Source of the DNA: Desulfomonilia bacterium
Lineage (GTDB): Bacteria; Desulfobacterota; Desulfomonilia; UBA1062
NCBI GenBank assembly: GCA_963664325.2
Contig: CAXXDQ010000007.1
Location: 192,001 to 256,000 of the forward strand
Length of the DNA: 64,000 nt
Direction: 5' to 3'
Part shown: in pieces, positions 52,584 to 62,212 of the stretch
Layout: each line of letters opens with the position of its first letter
How positions within the stretch are numbered: position 1 is the stretch's first letter
Position numbers and translations under genes: made by a program
Notes under the pieces: generated by a model
What the model was told of the DNA's origin: nothing
The model's database searches: none
What the model saw: the letters and a program-made list of their open reading frames with translations, nothing else

Positions 52584-53975
52584 CTAAAATTTGAATTCTG
52601 CGGAAATGCCTGCTGCAAAACCATAGCCGGACAGCGTTATCTGTTCTCCTGTCTCTGCTTTCGTGTAATCCCTGTCGATTAGGTAATGATACTGAACCAT
52701 TGTCTGTATGCTTATGGGTTTGCTCCAGTATCTGCCAGGCTTGTCCCATCTGTTTTCAGTCCCGATGCTGAATATGTGCTTGTCGTTGTCGAGAAAATTT
52801 GTCGTCCCTGTCTGATCGGGAACAGGAGATTTCCAGAATGAATACCCTCCCCTTACAATCATGTCGCCAAGCCATTTGTTTGAATATACTACACCCTTCT
52901 CCACCCCGGCTCTTATATTAAGTACGTCTTTAAAGGACGGGGACGGATCACTATGAAGCACATCAATATATCCGGACCACTGCATCCATGTAAGGTCTGC
53001 ACTCAACCTGAGATCGCTGTCAAACCTGTATGCCGCACCAAAGGCCCATTGCGAAGGTGAATAATAGTGAGCAAAATGGTGGTTGTAATCAAAAGAGATT
53101 GTCAGAGGCTGACCGTCAGGGTTCTGAGGATTCTGGACCCGGACATCGACATGATTGGTGCCATAGTCATCCATGTAAAGCTCATCCCGCCATGACAGGC
53201 CGAATGAAAGTTTTTCATTAGGTTTTATCTGCACTCCCACAATCGGCGAAACTGAGGCTTTGGTTTTCTGGTCTTCCGCTATATCCCCTGTAACACTGAC
53301 ATATTGAGAATTTCCGTTCGGGCCTAGAAAATCTTTAACAATTTCGTTTATTGCCTGCTCGCTTACATAAACAGGGCCTTTGCTGTTTGTTTCAAGTTCA
53401 AGAAGGATGTTAGCGCTGATACCTAGTGACAGCCATTTTACCGGTTCATATCCCAGACCTGCCACAGCAACAAGCCTGTGCAGATCATCATAATAAAAGA
53501 TATAGCGCTCCTCTTCGGGAAGTTGTGTCCTCCACCAGTACAGGCTGTCGGTCGGGATCAGAAAAGTCCCGCCTAATACAAGAGGAGTATTCTCCAGATA
53601 CTTTGAAATGCCCCTGATGTCAGCGCTGAAATTAAATCCGATATTCGTAACCGAATCCTGACCTGAGGGTGTATGTTTTCCATTTATCGAACTGTCAACA
53701 GTTCCTTTCAGATCAAATGTTGAAATGCCGAATTCGCTGGTTAGACCTATATCCTTGAAGAAGTTAATTCCGGTAAGACCTGCAGGGTTTGTGTATGCCT
53801 CAGATCCGTCAAGGGATGACGCAACCCCAGTGCCTGCCATTGATTGAGACCTTATACCAAGTCCGCAGATTTCACCCATCGAAGCATAAAGCATTGCTGG
53901 GAATATTGTATTTGAGATCATGAAAATAATTAATATGGAGGTCTTTTTCACCATGCCTAGAACCTCACCTTCCAT
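52584..53975 (-). CDS. FadL/OmpP1-family outer-membrane transporter
   Basis: GIRSQSMAG...AYTNPAGL, WMQWS, SPVPDQTG.TNFLD, C-terminal Phe. Confidence 0.88.
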   Translation of the reverse strand: MEGEVLGMVKKTSILIIFMISNTIFPAMLYASMGEICGLGIRSQSMAGTGVASSLDGSEAYTNPAGLTGINFFKDIGLTSEFGISTFDLKGTVDSSINGKHTPSGQDSVTNIGFNFSADIRGISKYLENTPLVLGGTFLIPTDSLYWWRTQLPEEERYIFYYDDLHRLVAVAGLGYEPVKWLSLGISANILLELETNSKGPVYVSEQAINEIVKDFLGPNGNSQYVSVTGDIAEDQKTKASVSPIVGVQIKPNEKLSFGLSWRDELYMDDYGTNHVDVRVQNPQNPDGQPLTISFDYNHHFAHYYSPSQWAFGAAYRFDSDLRLSADLTWMQWSGYIDVLHSDPSPSFKDVLNIRAGVEKGVVYSNKWLGDMIVRGGYSFWKSPVPDQTGTTNFLDNDKHIFSIGTENRWDKPGRYWSKPISIQTMVQYHYLIDRDYTKAETGEQITLSGYGFAAGISAEFKF

Positions 53976-55342
53976 GTAATGCCAGTGTTCCAGAGGGTTC
54001 CACCATATTTGACTGATATGCCGCTTACATCCTTGGCTACCTCGGAATCAGGCATGTACTGGCATTGTACATGGAAATCCAGGTCCGAATTCTTGAAGCT
54101 GTATCCGGCGCCTCCGCAAATGATATGGGTATCTCCGTCAATATAATTATAAACTCCTGTCTGTTCAGGAACCGGAGTCGGTCTGTACATGTAGCCGGTT
54201 CTCAATTTTATTTTTTCGGTAACAGAATATTCAAGACCAAGTTTCGGATTCAAAGTGTCTTTGAACTCGGACTCCGGCGTTTCAAGATGAGGTCCTTCAT
54301 ATCCGGACCACTCGGAATACGTAAGGTCAAATGAAGCTGTGATTCTTGATCCCTTTAATCCTATCCCGAACGTATATTCTCTGGGAGAAAAAAATGAATT
54401 GTGAGCAAGATCTACCTTTATGACCGGGATTTTATCCGCCAGAGTCTGGTTGACATTGCCATTCTTGTCCACAGGCAGGATATACAAGTACTGATAGCCG
54501 GTGGAATCAGCGCTTATCTTGTCTCTAAAGCTGAAGCCCAGGCTGAGCCAGTCTATGGGCTTATAGGTAAGACCTGCATAAAGAGCGGCATTGAGAACCA
54601 GTTCCCTGTTTACTGCGACCTTTGCATCGGCGCTGTTGCTGACATCAATATTAAGTTCTTCAATAAGTTTACTCAGGTCGCCGATGTTGTCAACAACGTC
54701 ATTGGTATCAACCTTGAGCGTTATATGGGTATCCGTATCCATAAGTCTGAGCAGGAGCTCGGAACCGATGCCGAGTGAGAACTTATCACCTATGTTCTTG
54801 GAGAGGGCTGCATAAACACCAAGGCCTTTGGCCACATCGTTGTAAACAGGAAAAAAGTAATCTCTTGCAGTTTCCGGGATGTCGATATCAAGTATCGCCT
54901 GTGTGGGAACAAAACAGGAAATGCCGAACATAAAACCTTTCATGTGATGTTCAAGTCTGCCGAGATTCATCACGAGCCCTGCGGTAATGGCTTTTACATT
55001 CTCATCATCTTTTACCACACTACCAGCGCTGTCACTTATTTTAAAGTCAGGCATGACATACATTGCGCCGATGCCTAACTGAAGCCATTCATCTTTCTTC
55101 AATGCGAAATTAAGGCCTGATGGATTGTAGTAAGCGGCAGTGTAATCATCGGAAATCGCCGTCATTGCGCCGGCCATTGAAGAGGCCCTTGAGGAAAGTC
55201 CAAGAAAAGATGCCGTATCAGCTACGGCATCTGTCTGGAAAAATAAAACAAGGAAAAGGGGCAAAAATACGTATTTAAAATAACCGAATAAATCTGGCAT
55301 CCTGTGGCACATACTGTTAACCATGAGCGCAGCCACATACAC
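53957..55342 (-). CDS. FadL/OmpP1-family outer-membrane transporter (start uncertain)
   Basis: SRASSMAGA...AAYYNPSGL, YSEWS, TPVPEQTG.YNYID, C-terminal Phe. Confidence 0.9.
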   Translation of the reverse strand: MYVAALMVNSMCHRMPDLFGYFKYVFLPLFLVLFFQTDAVADTASFLGLSSRASSMAGAMTAISDDYTAAYYNPSGLNFALKKDEWLQLGIGAMYVMPDFKISDSAGSVVKDDENVKAITAGLVMNLGRLEHHMKGFMFGISCFVPTQAILDIDIPETARDYFFPVYNDVAKGLGVYAALSKNIGDKFSLGIGSELLLRLMDTDTHITLKVDTNDVVDNIGDLSKLIEELNIDVSNSADAKVAVNRELVLNAALYAGLTYKPIDWLSLGFSFRDKISADSTGYQYLYILPVDKNGNVNQTLADKIPVIKVDLAHNSFFSPREYTFGIGLKGSRITASFDLTYSEWSGYEGPHLETPESEFKDTLNPKLGLEYSVTEKIKLRTGYMYRPTPVPEQTGVYNYIDGDTHIICGGAGYSFKNSDLDFHVQCQYMPDSEVAKDVSGISVKYGGTLWNTGITWKVRF

Positions 55343-55453
55343 CCTTACAAATATTACAAGCCCCTATCACCCATAAAAAAGCCCATCGGCAACACAACTT
55401 CAAGGTTCTATAACCTCCCCCCTGTAATAACATTGAAACCTATCTCAATTATA

Positions 55454-55469
55454 AGCAACCAGCGTGCCA
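55454..55469 (-). promoter_or_regulatory. sigma54 (-24/-12) promoter heading the FadL cluster
   Basis: Minus strand reads TGGCACGCTGGTTGCT, an exact match to TGGCACGNNNNTTGCW. AT-rich DNA upstream. Confidence 0.85.
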
Positions 55470-55654
55470 CACTGATTATTTTTTAATAATTTAAATTATC
55501 TCCATAACTTGTTGATTTAACGCACTTTAGTTTCAAAAAACATTAAAACAATCGTTTAATTGATAAACACAATCTATTCTGATCATATATCCTTATGAAT
55601 ATTTTTTCTCACATACCCTGCAAATAATTTCTCATCATACTTTTCAGATGCTTT

Positions 55655-56341
55655 CTAAATCCATCCAAGTATCCCCATGAAAACTATAAGGCATATGAGG
55701 TCAAATCCCAGGATTGATCCAACAGTTATGGCTTTTGCCTTTACTGTTTTCATATCATGGACCCAATATGCAACCAGATAGAACGGGAAATATCCAATCA
55801 GCCAGATTATGAACGGGAACTTGATCCTCCACCATGAATATTCCCAGGTAAGAGCATTCAGTGCATTCAAGATGATTTCTATGATAACGCTCAGCGTGGT
55901 AAAGAATATGATGAAGAACCACCTGTTCGGCATCCCAAGGATTTTCATATTCTTGTCTTCAGGCAGGATTATGGTTGTGGCGATTCCAAGTATCAAGAAC
56001 ATGAAGCATATTTCTATGTTCAGCCCGATAAGGATCAGATATGCGGTATCGCCGCCCGGGGCTCCCCATACTGGGGCATACTGGGTAAAATAGAATACGA
56101 GGCCGTTCCATATTTCATTGAACCAGTCCATTCCCCAGAGTGCAAGACCTGCAAAGACTACGCTCCAATTCTTTTTGGCCACCTGTGTGTGGTATATGTA
56201 AATGACCATTACAAGAAATGGTATAACATACCATTTGAACGTTGCCGGGTCTCTCAGAATGCCGAGCGACTGAATCGAATACTGCGTCATGTTGTCCATG
56301 TTTTTGACAATTGATAGAGCCTGTTCGGAAAATCCGTTCAT
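55655..56341 (-). CDS. Polytopic membrane protein of unknown function
   Basis: About 6 TMs, MDWFNEIWN, IGLNIEI. GGAGG RBS. Confidence 0.8.
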   Translation of the reverse strand: MNGFSEQALSIVKNMDNMTQYSIQSLGILRDPATFKWYVIPFLVMVIYIYHTQVAKKNWSVVFAGLALWGMDWFNEIWNGLVFYFTQYAPVWGAPGGDTAYLILIGLNIEICFMFLILGIATTIILPEDKNMKILGMPNRWFFIIFFTTLSVIIEIILNALNALTWEYSWWRIKFPFIIWLIGYFPFYLVAYWVHDMKTVKAKAITVGSILGFDLICLIVFMGILGWI

Positions 56342-56595
56342 AATAACCTCCCTTATTTAATTGATTTAAATAATTTAATCTATTTTCCCAAAAATAAAAG
56401 ATATAAAAACATGTTTCTCTAATTTTAAAAGTAAATAATGACTTTTTTTTTCAAATGGAAATTGCAGATTCAATCGAATCCTATGTGGGGAATGATTGGA
56501 ATACGCTCTTGGTCTGATAACCTTGACTGTTATTCGTATCCCATTACTATTAAACCAGATTGTTATTGTATTCAAATATCGATGGAGGCACTTTA

Positions 56596-57909
56596 ATGGA
56601 ATGTGATATACCCGATAAACAGGATGCATACGGAAGTATCGGCTTGACGAGGAATACATTCATCAGAACGTCGGTGCTTGCCGCCCTAGGTATTATTGCA
56701 GGGTGTTCGTATGAAAGATCAAACCCTGGAAATATTTCGGAAAATGACTATTCACCTTCACTTTCAGCACCTGACACCCAAAAAACGTTTATCGACCTTG
56801 CTTCGAACATCAATCCCTACGGGCCTGCACCTGAGGCCGTATCGGCAATGAAAGAGCAACTGTTACGGGACGCCCGTCTGTCTGGCATCAACCGCTACCC
56901 GGATTTTATGAGCCTGAATATAAGGGCTTCCGCTGCAAAGCTTAACAGTGTATCACCACTGAACATAGTGCCGACCTGCGGCATATCAGAGGCGGTCAAT
57001 ATCCTGGCATCTGCATTTCTGAATGAAGGTGACGAGGTAATCACATCAGATCCGCCCTTTTTTCTTATGGAGAAAATGGCCCTTGCATGGGGAGCGCATG
57101 TTACAAAAGTGCCGCTAAAAACTGATCATACAACTGATCTTGATGCAATCATAAAAAAGATAGGGGAAAGAACAAGACTCATTTATCTTATGAATCCGCA
57201 TAATCCGGCAGGTACGATCATTAGAACCGATGAATTGAATAGTTTTGTGATGAAGGTAGCAACGAAAAACCTTTTCAGGCATGGAAAAATTGTTGTAGCA
57301 ATTGATGAAGCCTATGGCGACTATGTTACAGATCCCAATTATCACAGAACTCTGACCGGATACATTTCCTTAAATCCTCTTGTCATCCTTCGCACCGCAT
57401 CTTTTGCTTACGGCATGGCAGGCCTCAGATGCGGTTATGCGATTGCAAGAAGGGATCTGGCCGCCGAAATGGACGGCAGCCTGCTGTACTACGTTAATTC
57501 TGCACTTAACAGCGAAGCTGTCGGAAAAATAATCACGGGGCATAAGGGATGGAAACACCCGGAGGGGAACATCAACCGCCTTGCAGAATCGGGCATGATA
57601 GCATCACTTGAACATGGCCAGGAACACATAGTGGCAGTCAGAACGCAAAACAGAAAAAACATGGAAAATCTCTACAAAGAACTTGATTCATCAGGAATAG
57701 AATATATTCCCACCCAGACAAATTTTATCATGGTTAACCTTGGAGACATAACAGGCAAAGAAGTGAAAGAAAGACTTGGCCTTATGAATATCTCGGTGCG
57801 CTCGGGCGATGAATTCCATAACAGGTATGAAAAGTTCATTCGTGTTTCAATTGGGACGGAAGATCAGGTTTCCGCATTTATATCAGCGCTCAGAGAGGTG
57901 CTGCAATGA
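56596..57909 (+). CDS. Exported HisC-fold (class I/II PLP) protein, catalytic Lys replaced by Phe
   Basis: DLASNINPYGP, RYPD, NPHNPAG, DEAY, RTASFAYGMAGLRCGY. TRNTFI followed by lipobox IIAGC. Confidence 0.85.
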   Translation: MECDIPDKQDAYGSIGLTRNTFIRTSVLAALGIIAGCSYERSNPGNISENDYSPSLSAPDTQKTFIDLASNINPYGPAPEAVSAMKEQLLRDARLSGINRYPDFMSLNIRASAAKLNSVSPLNIVPTCGISEAVNILASAFLNEGDEVITSDPPFFLMEKMALAWGAHVTKVPLKTDHTTDLDAIIKKIGERTRLIYLMNPHNPAGTIIRTDELNSFVMKVATKNLFRHGKIVVAIDEAYGDYVTDPNYHRTLTGYISLNPLVILRTASFAYGMAGLRCGYAIARRDLAAEMDGSLLYYVNSALNSEAVGKIITGHKGWKHPEGNINRLAESGMIASLEHGQEHIVAVRTQNRKNMENLYKELDSSGIEYIPTQTNFIMVNLGDITGKEVKERLGLMNISVRSGDEFHNRYEKFIRVSIGTEDQVSAFISALREVLQ

Positions 57910-59249
57910 AAAGCACCATATTTTCGAAAGGGATTTCACGAAGAGATTTCCTAAGGGTAAGTGCAGGAACCGCATCTGTAATAGCATCAGGATTAGCCGG
58001 CATAAGCATTGGGCATGCCTTTCCGCCCGACTGTATTTCAGATAAATTCACACGTATGTGCTACCATGAAAACCCTTTAGGCCCCCATCCTGCTGTTTAT
58101 GAAGTCCTTGCATCCCTAATTAGTTCAAACAGCTTAAGCCTGTATCCTTATGAGGGTCAGGAGGAACTGAAGAACTCCATACTTAAATATAACAGGGTAT
58201 ACGGCATTCTCGGCAACGATAATATAGGACTTACTGTTGGTTCTACTGAGGCACTCATGATGTGTGCTTATTCGCTGTTAAACCCAGAGACTTCCGTCCT
58301 GACCGAATGGCCCACATACGGCATCTTCTTTACACGGGTGGAGCAGATGGGCTCAAAAATAATAAAGGTTCCCCTTGTCAGGCAGCCTGATGGAAGATAT
58401 CTGCCGGATCTGGAATCGATGAAGAAACAACTACGCGAAGATCCATCGATACGCCTTGTGCATTTTAACCTGATAAACAACCCCATGGGCTCATACATGA
58501 AAAAATCGGATTTCGATGCTTTCGTAGCCTATGCGGACGATAATTTTCCTGACACTGTCATAATTGCCGATGATTCAGACCCCGAATTCAGGGAACGCAT
58601 CCCGGATGATGAGTTTCCGAAGCCCATCGAACACGTCATTAAAGGAAAAAATGTCATTCATATTCAGACCTTTTCACACATTTTCGGCATAACCGGCCTA
58701 AGGCTGGGGTATTATATAGCTCCTGTACCGCTGGCAAAAAGGCTTGAGACGAAGCGCATATACAACGGTGTGAACATATCCGCCATAATGGGAGGCATTG
58801 CATCCATGCAAAATGCAGTTGAGCAGATAGAGCGGTCATATGAAAATAACCATGAAGGCAGGCTCTGGCTTTATTCCAGCTTTGAGAAGATGGGCATCCC
58901 ATATCTAAGATCACACGGGGCATATATAATGCTTGATAACGGCATTCAAAGCTCCATCATTTATATTCTCATGGCTGCACAGGGTGTGATGATACGCCAG
59001 GGCAGCGAATGGGGTCTTGATACATGGATTCGAGTAAACCCGGGCCAGCATCCGGTTGAGAATGAAATCTTTATAAAGGCCTTAAAAAATGCCTGCCAGA
59101 AATCTAAATCGTTTAAATCTCTGAAAGATGTACTGAATACCCCTGAAGGGATCCAGGGGCTTAAAAACGGTTATGAAACAGGTATGCTGCCTGATATGAG
59201 AAACCTGGATGACAATGAAAGGATGGCAGTGTTTAAAAATCTTCTTTAG
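57906..59249 (+). CDS. Tat-exported HisC-fold protein, catalytic Lys replaced by His
   Basis: SRRDFL Tat motif, HENPLGP, NNPMG, DDSD, QTFSHIFGITGLRLGY. ATGA-coupled to the upstream paralog. Confidence 0.85.
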   Translation: MKSTIFSKGISRRDFLRVSAGTASVIASGLAGISIGHAFPPDCISDKFTRMCYHENPLGPHPAVYEVLASLISSNSLSLYPYEGQEELKNSILKYNRVYGILGNDNIGLTVGSTEALMMCAYSLLNPETSVLTEWPTYGIFFTRVEQMGSKIIKVPLVRQPDGRYLPDLESMKKQLREDPSIRLVHFNLINNPMGSYMKKSDFDAFVAYADDNFPDTVIIADDSDPEFRERIPDDEFPKPIEHVIKGKNVIHIQTFSHIFGITGLRLGYYIAPVPLAKRLETKRIYNGVNISAIMGGIASMQNAVEQIERSYENNHEGRLWLYSSFEKMGIPYLRSHGAYIMLDNGIQSSIIYILMAAQGVMIRQGSEWGLDTWIRVNPGQHPVENEIFIKALKNACQKSKSFKSLKDVLNTPEGIQGLKNGYETGMLPDMRNLDDNERMAVFKNLL

Positions 59250-59317
59250 AATTTGCATGGAATAATTTACCTTCTATCAAGTAAATTCTAAAATATTGAG
59301 CAGAAGAAGGGGGTACA

Positions 59318-59896
59318 ATGATCAAACGGATCGACCATGTATCCATTGCTGTCAGGGATTTTGAAAAGGCCAGGAAGTTTTTTGAAGGCATTCTCGGGGC
59401 AATACCAGGCAGCCGCGCAATGGATGATTCGATGAAATACAAATGGCAGATATTTTCTGCAGGCGATCTCAGCAGGCTTGAGATCATATCACCCACAGGG
59501 AAAGGCAGCTTTCTTGAGGGTTTTCTGAAAGACCGCGAGGGAGGTGTTCATCATATAACATTCCAGACGGCGGACCTGAAAAAGGCGAAGACTGCCCTGC
59601 ATACAGCCGGTATTCCATATTTCGGAGAAAACGAGTACGCCGGCGGGGTGTGGAAGGAATTATTCATCCACCCTAAGGATTCATTCGGAGTGCTTGTACA
59701 GATAGCCGAGTTTACGCCTGACGACTGGCTGGCACCCGAGGTGCGCATGCCGAAAGGCGAAAAGTTCGAGGTTGAAGAAACCCTAGACGGCTGCTTTATC
59801 CGTTTTGCTCACCCCGGCGGCGGTAATGTAAGGCTCAAGTTGAATGACGATGAAGCCCGGCTCTTAATCGACAGGCTGAAACGGGCGATATCATAA
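59318..59896 (+). CDS. VOC-family protein (methylmalonyl-CoA epimerase-like) with C-terminal extension
   Basis: RIDHVSIAV, LEIISP, GGVHHITF, FIHPKDSFGVLVQIAE. Confidence 0.85.
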   Translation: MIKRIDHVSIAVRDFEKARKFFEGILGAIPGSRAMDDSMKYKWQIFSAGDLSRLEIISPTGKGSFLEGFLKDREGGVHHITFQTADLKKAKTALHTAGIPYFGENEYAGGVWKELFIHPKDSFGVLVQIAEFTPDDWLAPEVRMPKGEKFEVEETLDGCFIRFAHPGGGNVRLKLNDDEARLLIDRLKRAIS

Positions 59897-59927
59897 ATAT
59901 ATGTATGGTGTTAAAGATACTGTGTCA

Positions 59928-61082
59928 TCACCATTTCTGGAAGCAATGTTCGGCAAAGCCCAGGATATTTTTAACATCGAGAACCGTCCCGTCGTCAAGC
60001 ACGACTGTCCCGCTTAATCTACCTCTGGGCTGTATGGTTTTCATGTAATAGAACCCGAGGTTTATAAACTGTGAATGGTCATAATCGCATTCCATCGTTA
60101 TATCGAACCTGCCGTCGGCGCTCTTGAAATGCCACGGCTGCATGATGTCGTCCTCATTATATTCCCATTTAATCGGGCCCATTTTGTGGACAATGCCGTC
60201 ATATACTATGGCGCTTGCCTGGAAGCGCGATGCGTTCTCCTCGCCCCATCCGAAGTTGAAGCCCAGAACCTTGCCGTTAACCTCGCCTGAAGCCACGGCC
60301 CAGCCCCACTCAAATTCCTCGGGCCATACCCCCCTGCCCCAGTCAAGGACAGCATAGGAATCCTTTTCGTCGAAGACATATTCCTTACCCTTGATGTTGA
60401 CGCTTCCCGAAGCCCTTTTTGCAAAGACCTTGTCCGTATAGAAGAAGCTCAAGTGCTCATCATCGAAAGGTGCTGACGTAGCCAGGGATTCATCGGCCGG
60501 GTCGTCCTGTATCTTTATCTCACCCGTTATTTCAGGCCCGAAAATGGCGGATTTCGGGAAATCAAAGGCAAGCGTCTTGATGCCGTCCTTATATGTAAAT
60601 GCGGAATATACTCCGCCCTTATTAAAGATATTGTCTTCATAGGGATTAAGCGGTGGTGTCAATGCATCGGTGTTGAACAGGATGCGCATGTTGGAAAAAT
60701 TCTCGCCGGTCTTATAGTCAACAAGCGATACTGTTATCAGGACCATCCATGTGATGTCGGCCATGGTGATTTCAAAGCTGTATTCGGAATTATAGACATT
60801 ATAAAAATCCCATTCTTTGAGCCGCTTCTGCTGGTCTTTAGTAAGATTTTCCTTGTTGTATATAATAAGCGGATGGCGCGCCCATCCCCAGGCTGCAAGC
60901 GACCCGTCATTATTGAGAAGAGGTGTTTTTCCTTTTATCTCCCATTCATTATGCAAAACAGGCAAGGTCTCCTTAGTCTGTTCCACTGCCGGAGCATTTG
61001 CCGGGTCATCACCGCTGGACCCGCCGCAACCTGTAACCACAAGAATGGCGAACAAGCCTGCCATACAAAGCAAATTTTTCAT
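59928..61082 (-). CDS. DUF2804-family lipoprotein
   Basis: Lipobox VTGC, GWARHP, RLKEWDFY, AVLDWGRGVWP, GFAEHCFQKW. Confidence 0.78.
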   Translation of the reverse strand: MKNLLCMAGLFAILVVTGCGGSSGDDPANAPAVEQTKETLPVLHNEWEIKGKTPLLNNDGSLAAWGWARHPLIIYNKENLTKDQQKRLKEWDFYNVYNSEYSFEITMADITWMVLITVSLVDYKTGENFSNMRILFNTDALTPPLNPYEDNIFNKGGVYSAFTYKDGIKTLAFDFPKSAIFGPEITGEIKIQDDPADESLATSAPFDDEHLSFFYTDKVFAKRASGSVNIKGKEYVFDEKDSYAVLDWGRGVWPEEFEWGWAVASGEVNGKVLGFNFGWGEENASRFQASAIVYDGIVHKMGPIKWEYNEDDIMQPWHFKSADGRFDITMECDYDHSQFINLGFYYMKTIQPRGRLSGTVVLDDGTVLDVKNILGFAEHCFQKW

Positions 61083-61156
61083 ATCCAACCTCCTCAATTT
61101 AATGACTGACCAATTTCTATTTGGAACATTAATAAATATAAAATCAGTTTATCATA

Positions 61157-62212
61157 TTATTTATCAGTAAAAAACCCTGGAAATGGTTGCGGCAGCAGGT
61201 GGTAATCAACCGAAGCCGCCTGGATGCTGAGATCAACAGAGTTGTAGGTGTGCCAGTAAAGTATGGATCTGCCGTCGTATTGTTTCGATACAAGCATATC
61301 GAGTACCGCTGCAAAGGTCTTCCCGGTATAGGTCGGTTCAAGATTGATGTTCTCTCGCTCTTTCATGATGCTGATGGCACTCATGCCTTCGGGTGTCGGA
61401 TAACCGTAGCCTTTGCCAATGTATGATTCGATTACCTCATATCGGCTTTGATCAATGGATAAATTCTTGTCTATCAGCTTGAGGGTCCTCTTGATGAGCG
61501 TTGTTACTGTTCCTTTCGTGCAGGCCGGGAACGGACCTATATGTGATTCCGTGACCCTAACGCCTATAATCCTGCTTTTGATTCCGGCAAGCTGAACACC
61601 AATCGATAATCCTGCCATTGTCCCGTTAGAACCGAGCGGACATATGATTACGTCAGGCTCAGGCAAAAGACCCTGCCCGATTTGCTTTTTCAGTTCAAAC
61701 GCCGCATTTACAAAACCGAGCGTGCCAATGGGTGATGAACCGCCGGCAAAGAGCGGGTATGACTTACCGGGCCGTAATCGCCGAAGAATGAAAAGCTCGA
61801 CGCCTGCCCTGATAATGCTTTTTGCATAAATCATATTTGCACCGAACTTATAAAACAGCAGCATGTTCCGCTTCACATATTCATTTACCGGTTGTTTAAA
61901 AAGAAGGAGCGTGCATTTAAGCCCGAGCTTTTTTACAAATACAGCTGTGGCCAATCCGTGGTTGGTGCCGATGCCCCCCATTGTAATTATATGGTCGCAG
62001 CCTTTTTTTATAGCATCGGCAAGAACGAACTCAAGTTTTCTCACCTTGTTGCCGCCGTATTCAGTCGAGCTTTTATCATCGCGTTTTATCCACAACCGCC
62101 CATCTCCTGTATTTTTTAACATATGCACGGGCGTCGGAAAGTTGCCGAGTTCTATCCATGGGAGTTTTGTTTCAAGTTCCGGGTAGGATTGGAAAATTTC
62201 CGGCTTATTCAT
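61157..62212 (-). CDS. D-cysteine desulfhydrase/ACC deaminase/cysteate sulfo-lyase family PLP enzyme
   Basis: PTPVH, WIKRDD, GGNKVRKLEF, GTNHGLATA, LEPTYTGK. Confidence 0.88.
   Translation of the reverse strand: MNKPEIFQSYPELETKLPWIELGNFPTPVHMLKNTGDGRLWIKRDDKSSTEYGGNKVRKLEFVLADAIKKGCDHIITMGGIGTNHGLATAVFVKKLGLKCTLLLFKQPVNEYVKRNMLLFYKFGANMIYAKSIIRAGVELFILRRLRPGKSYPLFAGGSSPIGTLGFVNAAFELKKQIGQGLLPEPDVIICPLGSNGTMAGLSIGVQLAGIKSRIIGVRVTESHIGPFPACTKGTVTTLIKRTLKLIDKNLSIDQSRYEVIESYIGKGYGYPTPEGMSAISIMKERENINLEPTYTGKTFAAVLDMLVSKQYDGRSILYWHTYNSVDLSIQAASVDYHLLPQPFPGFFTDK

Noticed and set aside
61157-62212. True ACC deaminase
   Set aside because: PTYTGK has Thr where ACC deaminases have Glu (PVYEGK).
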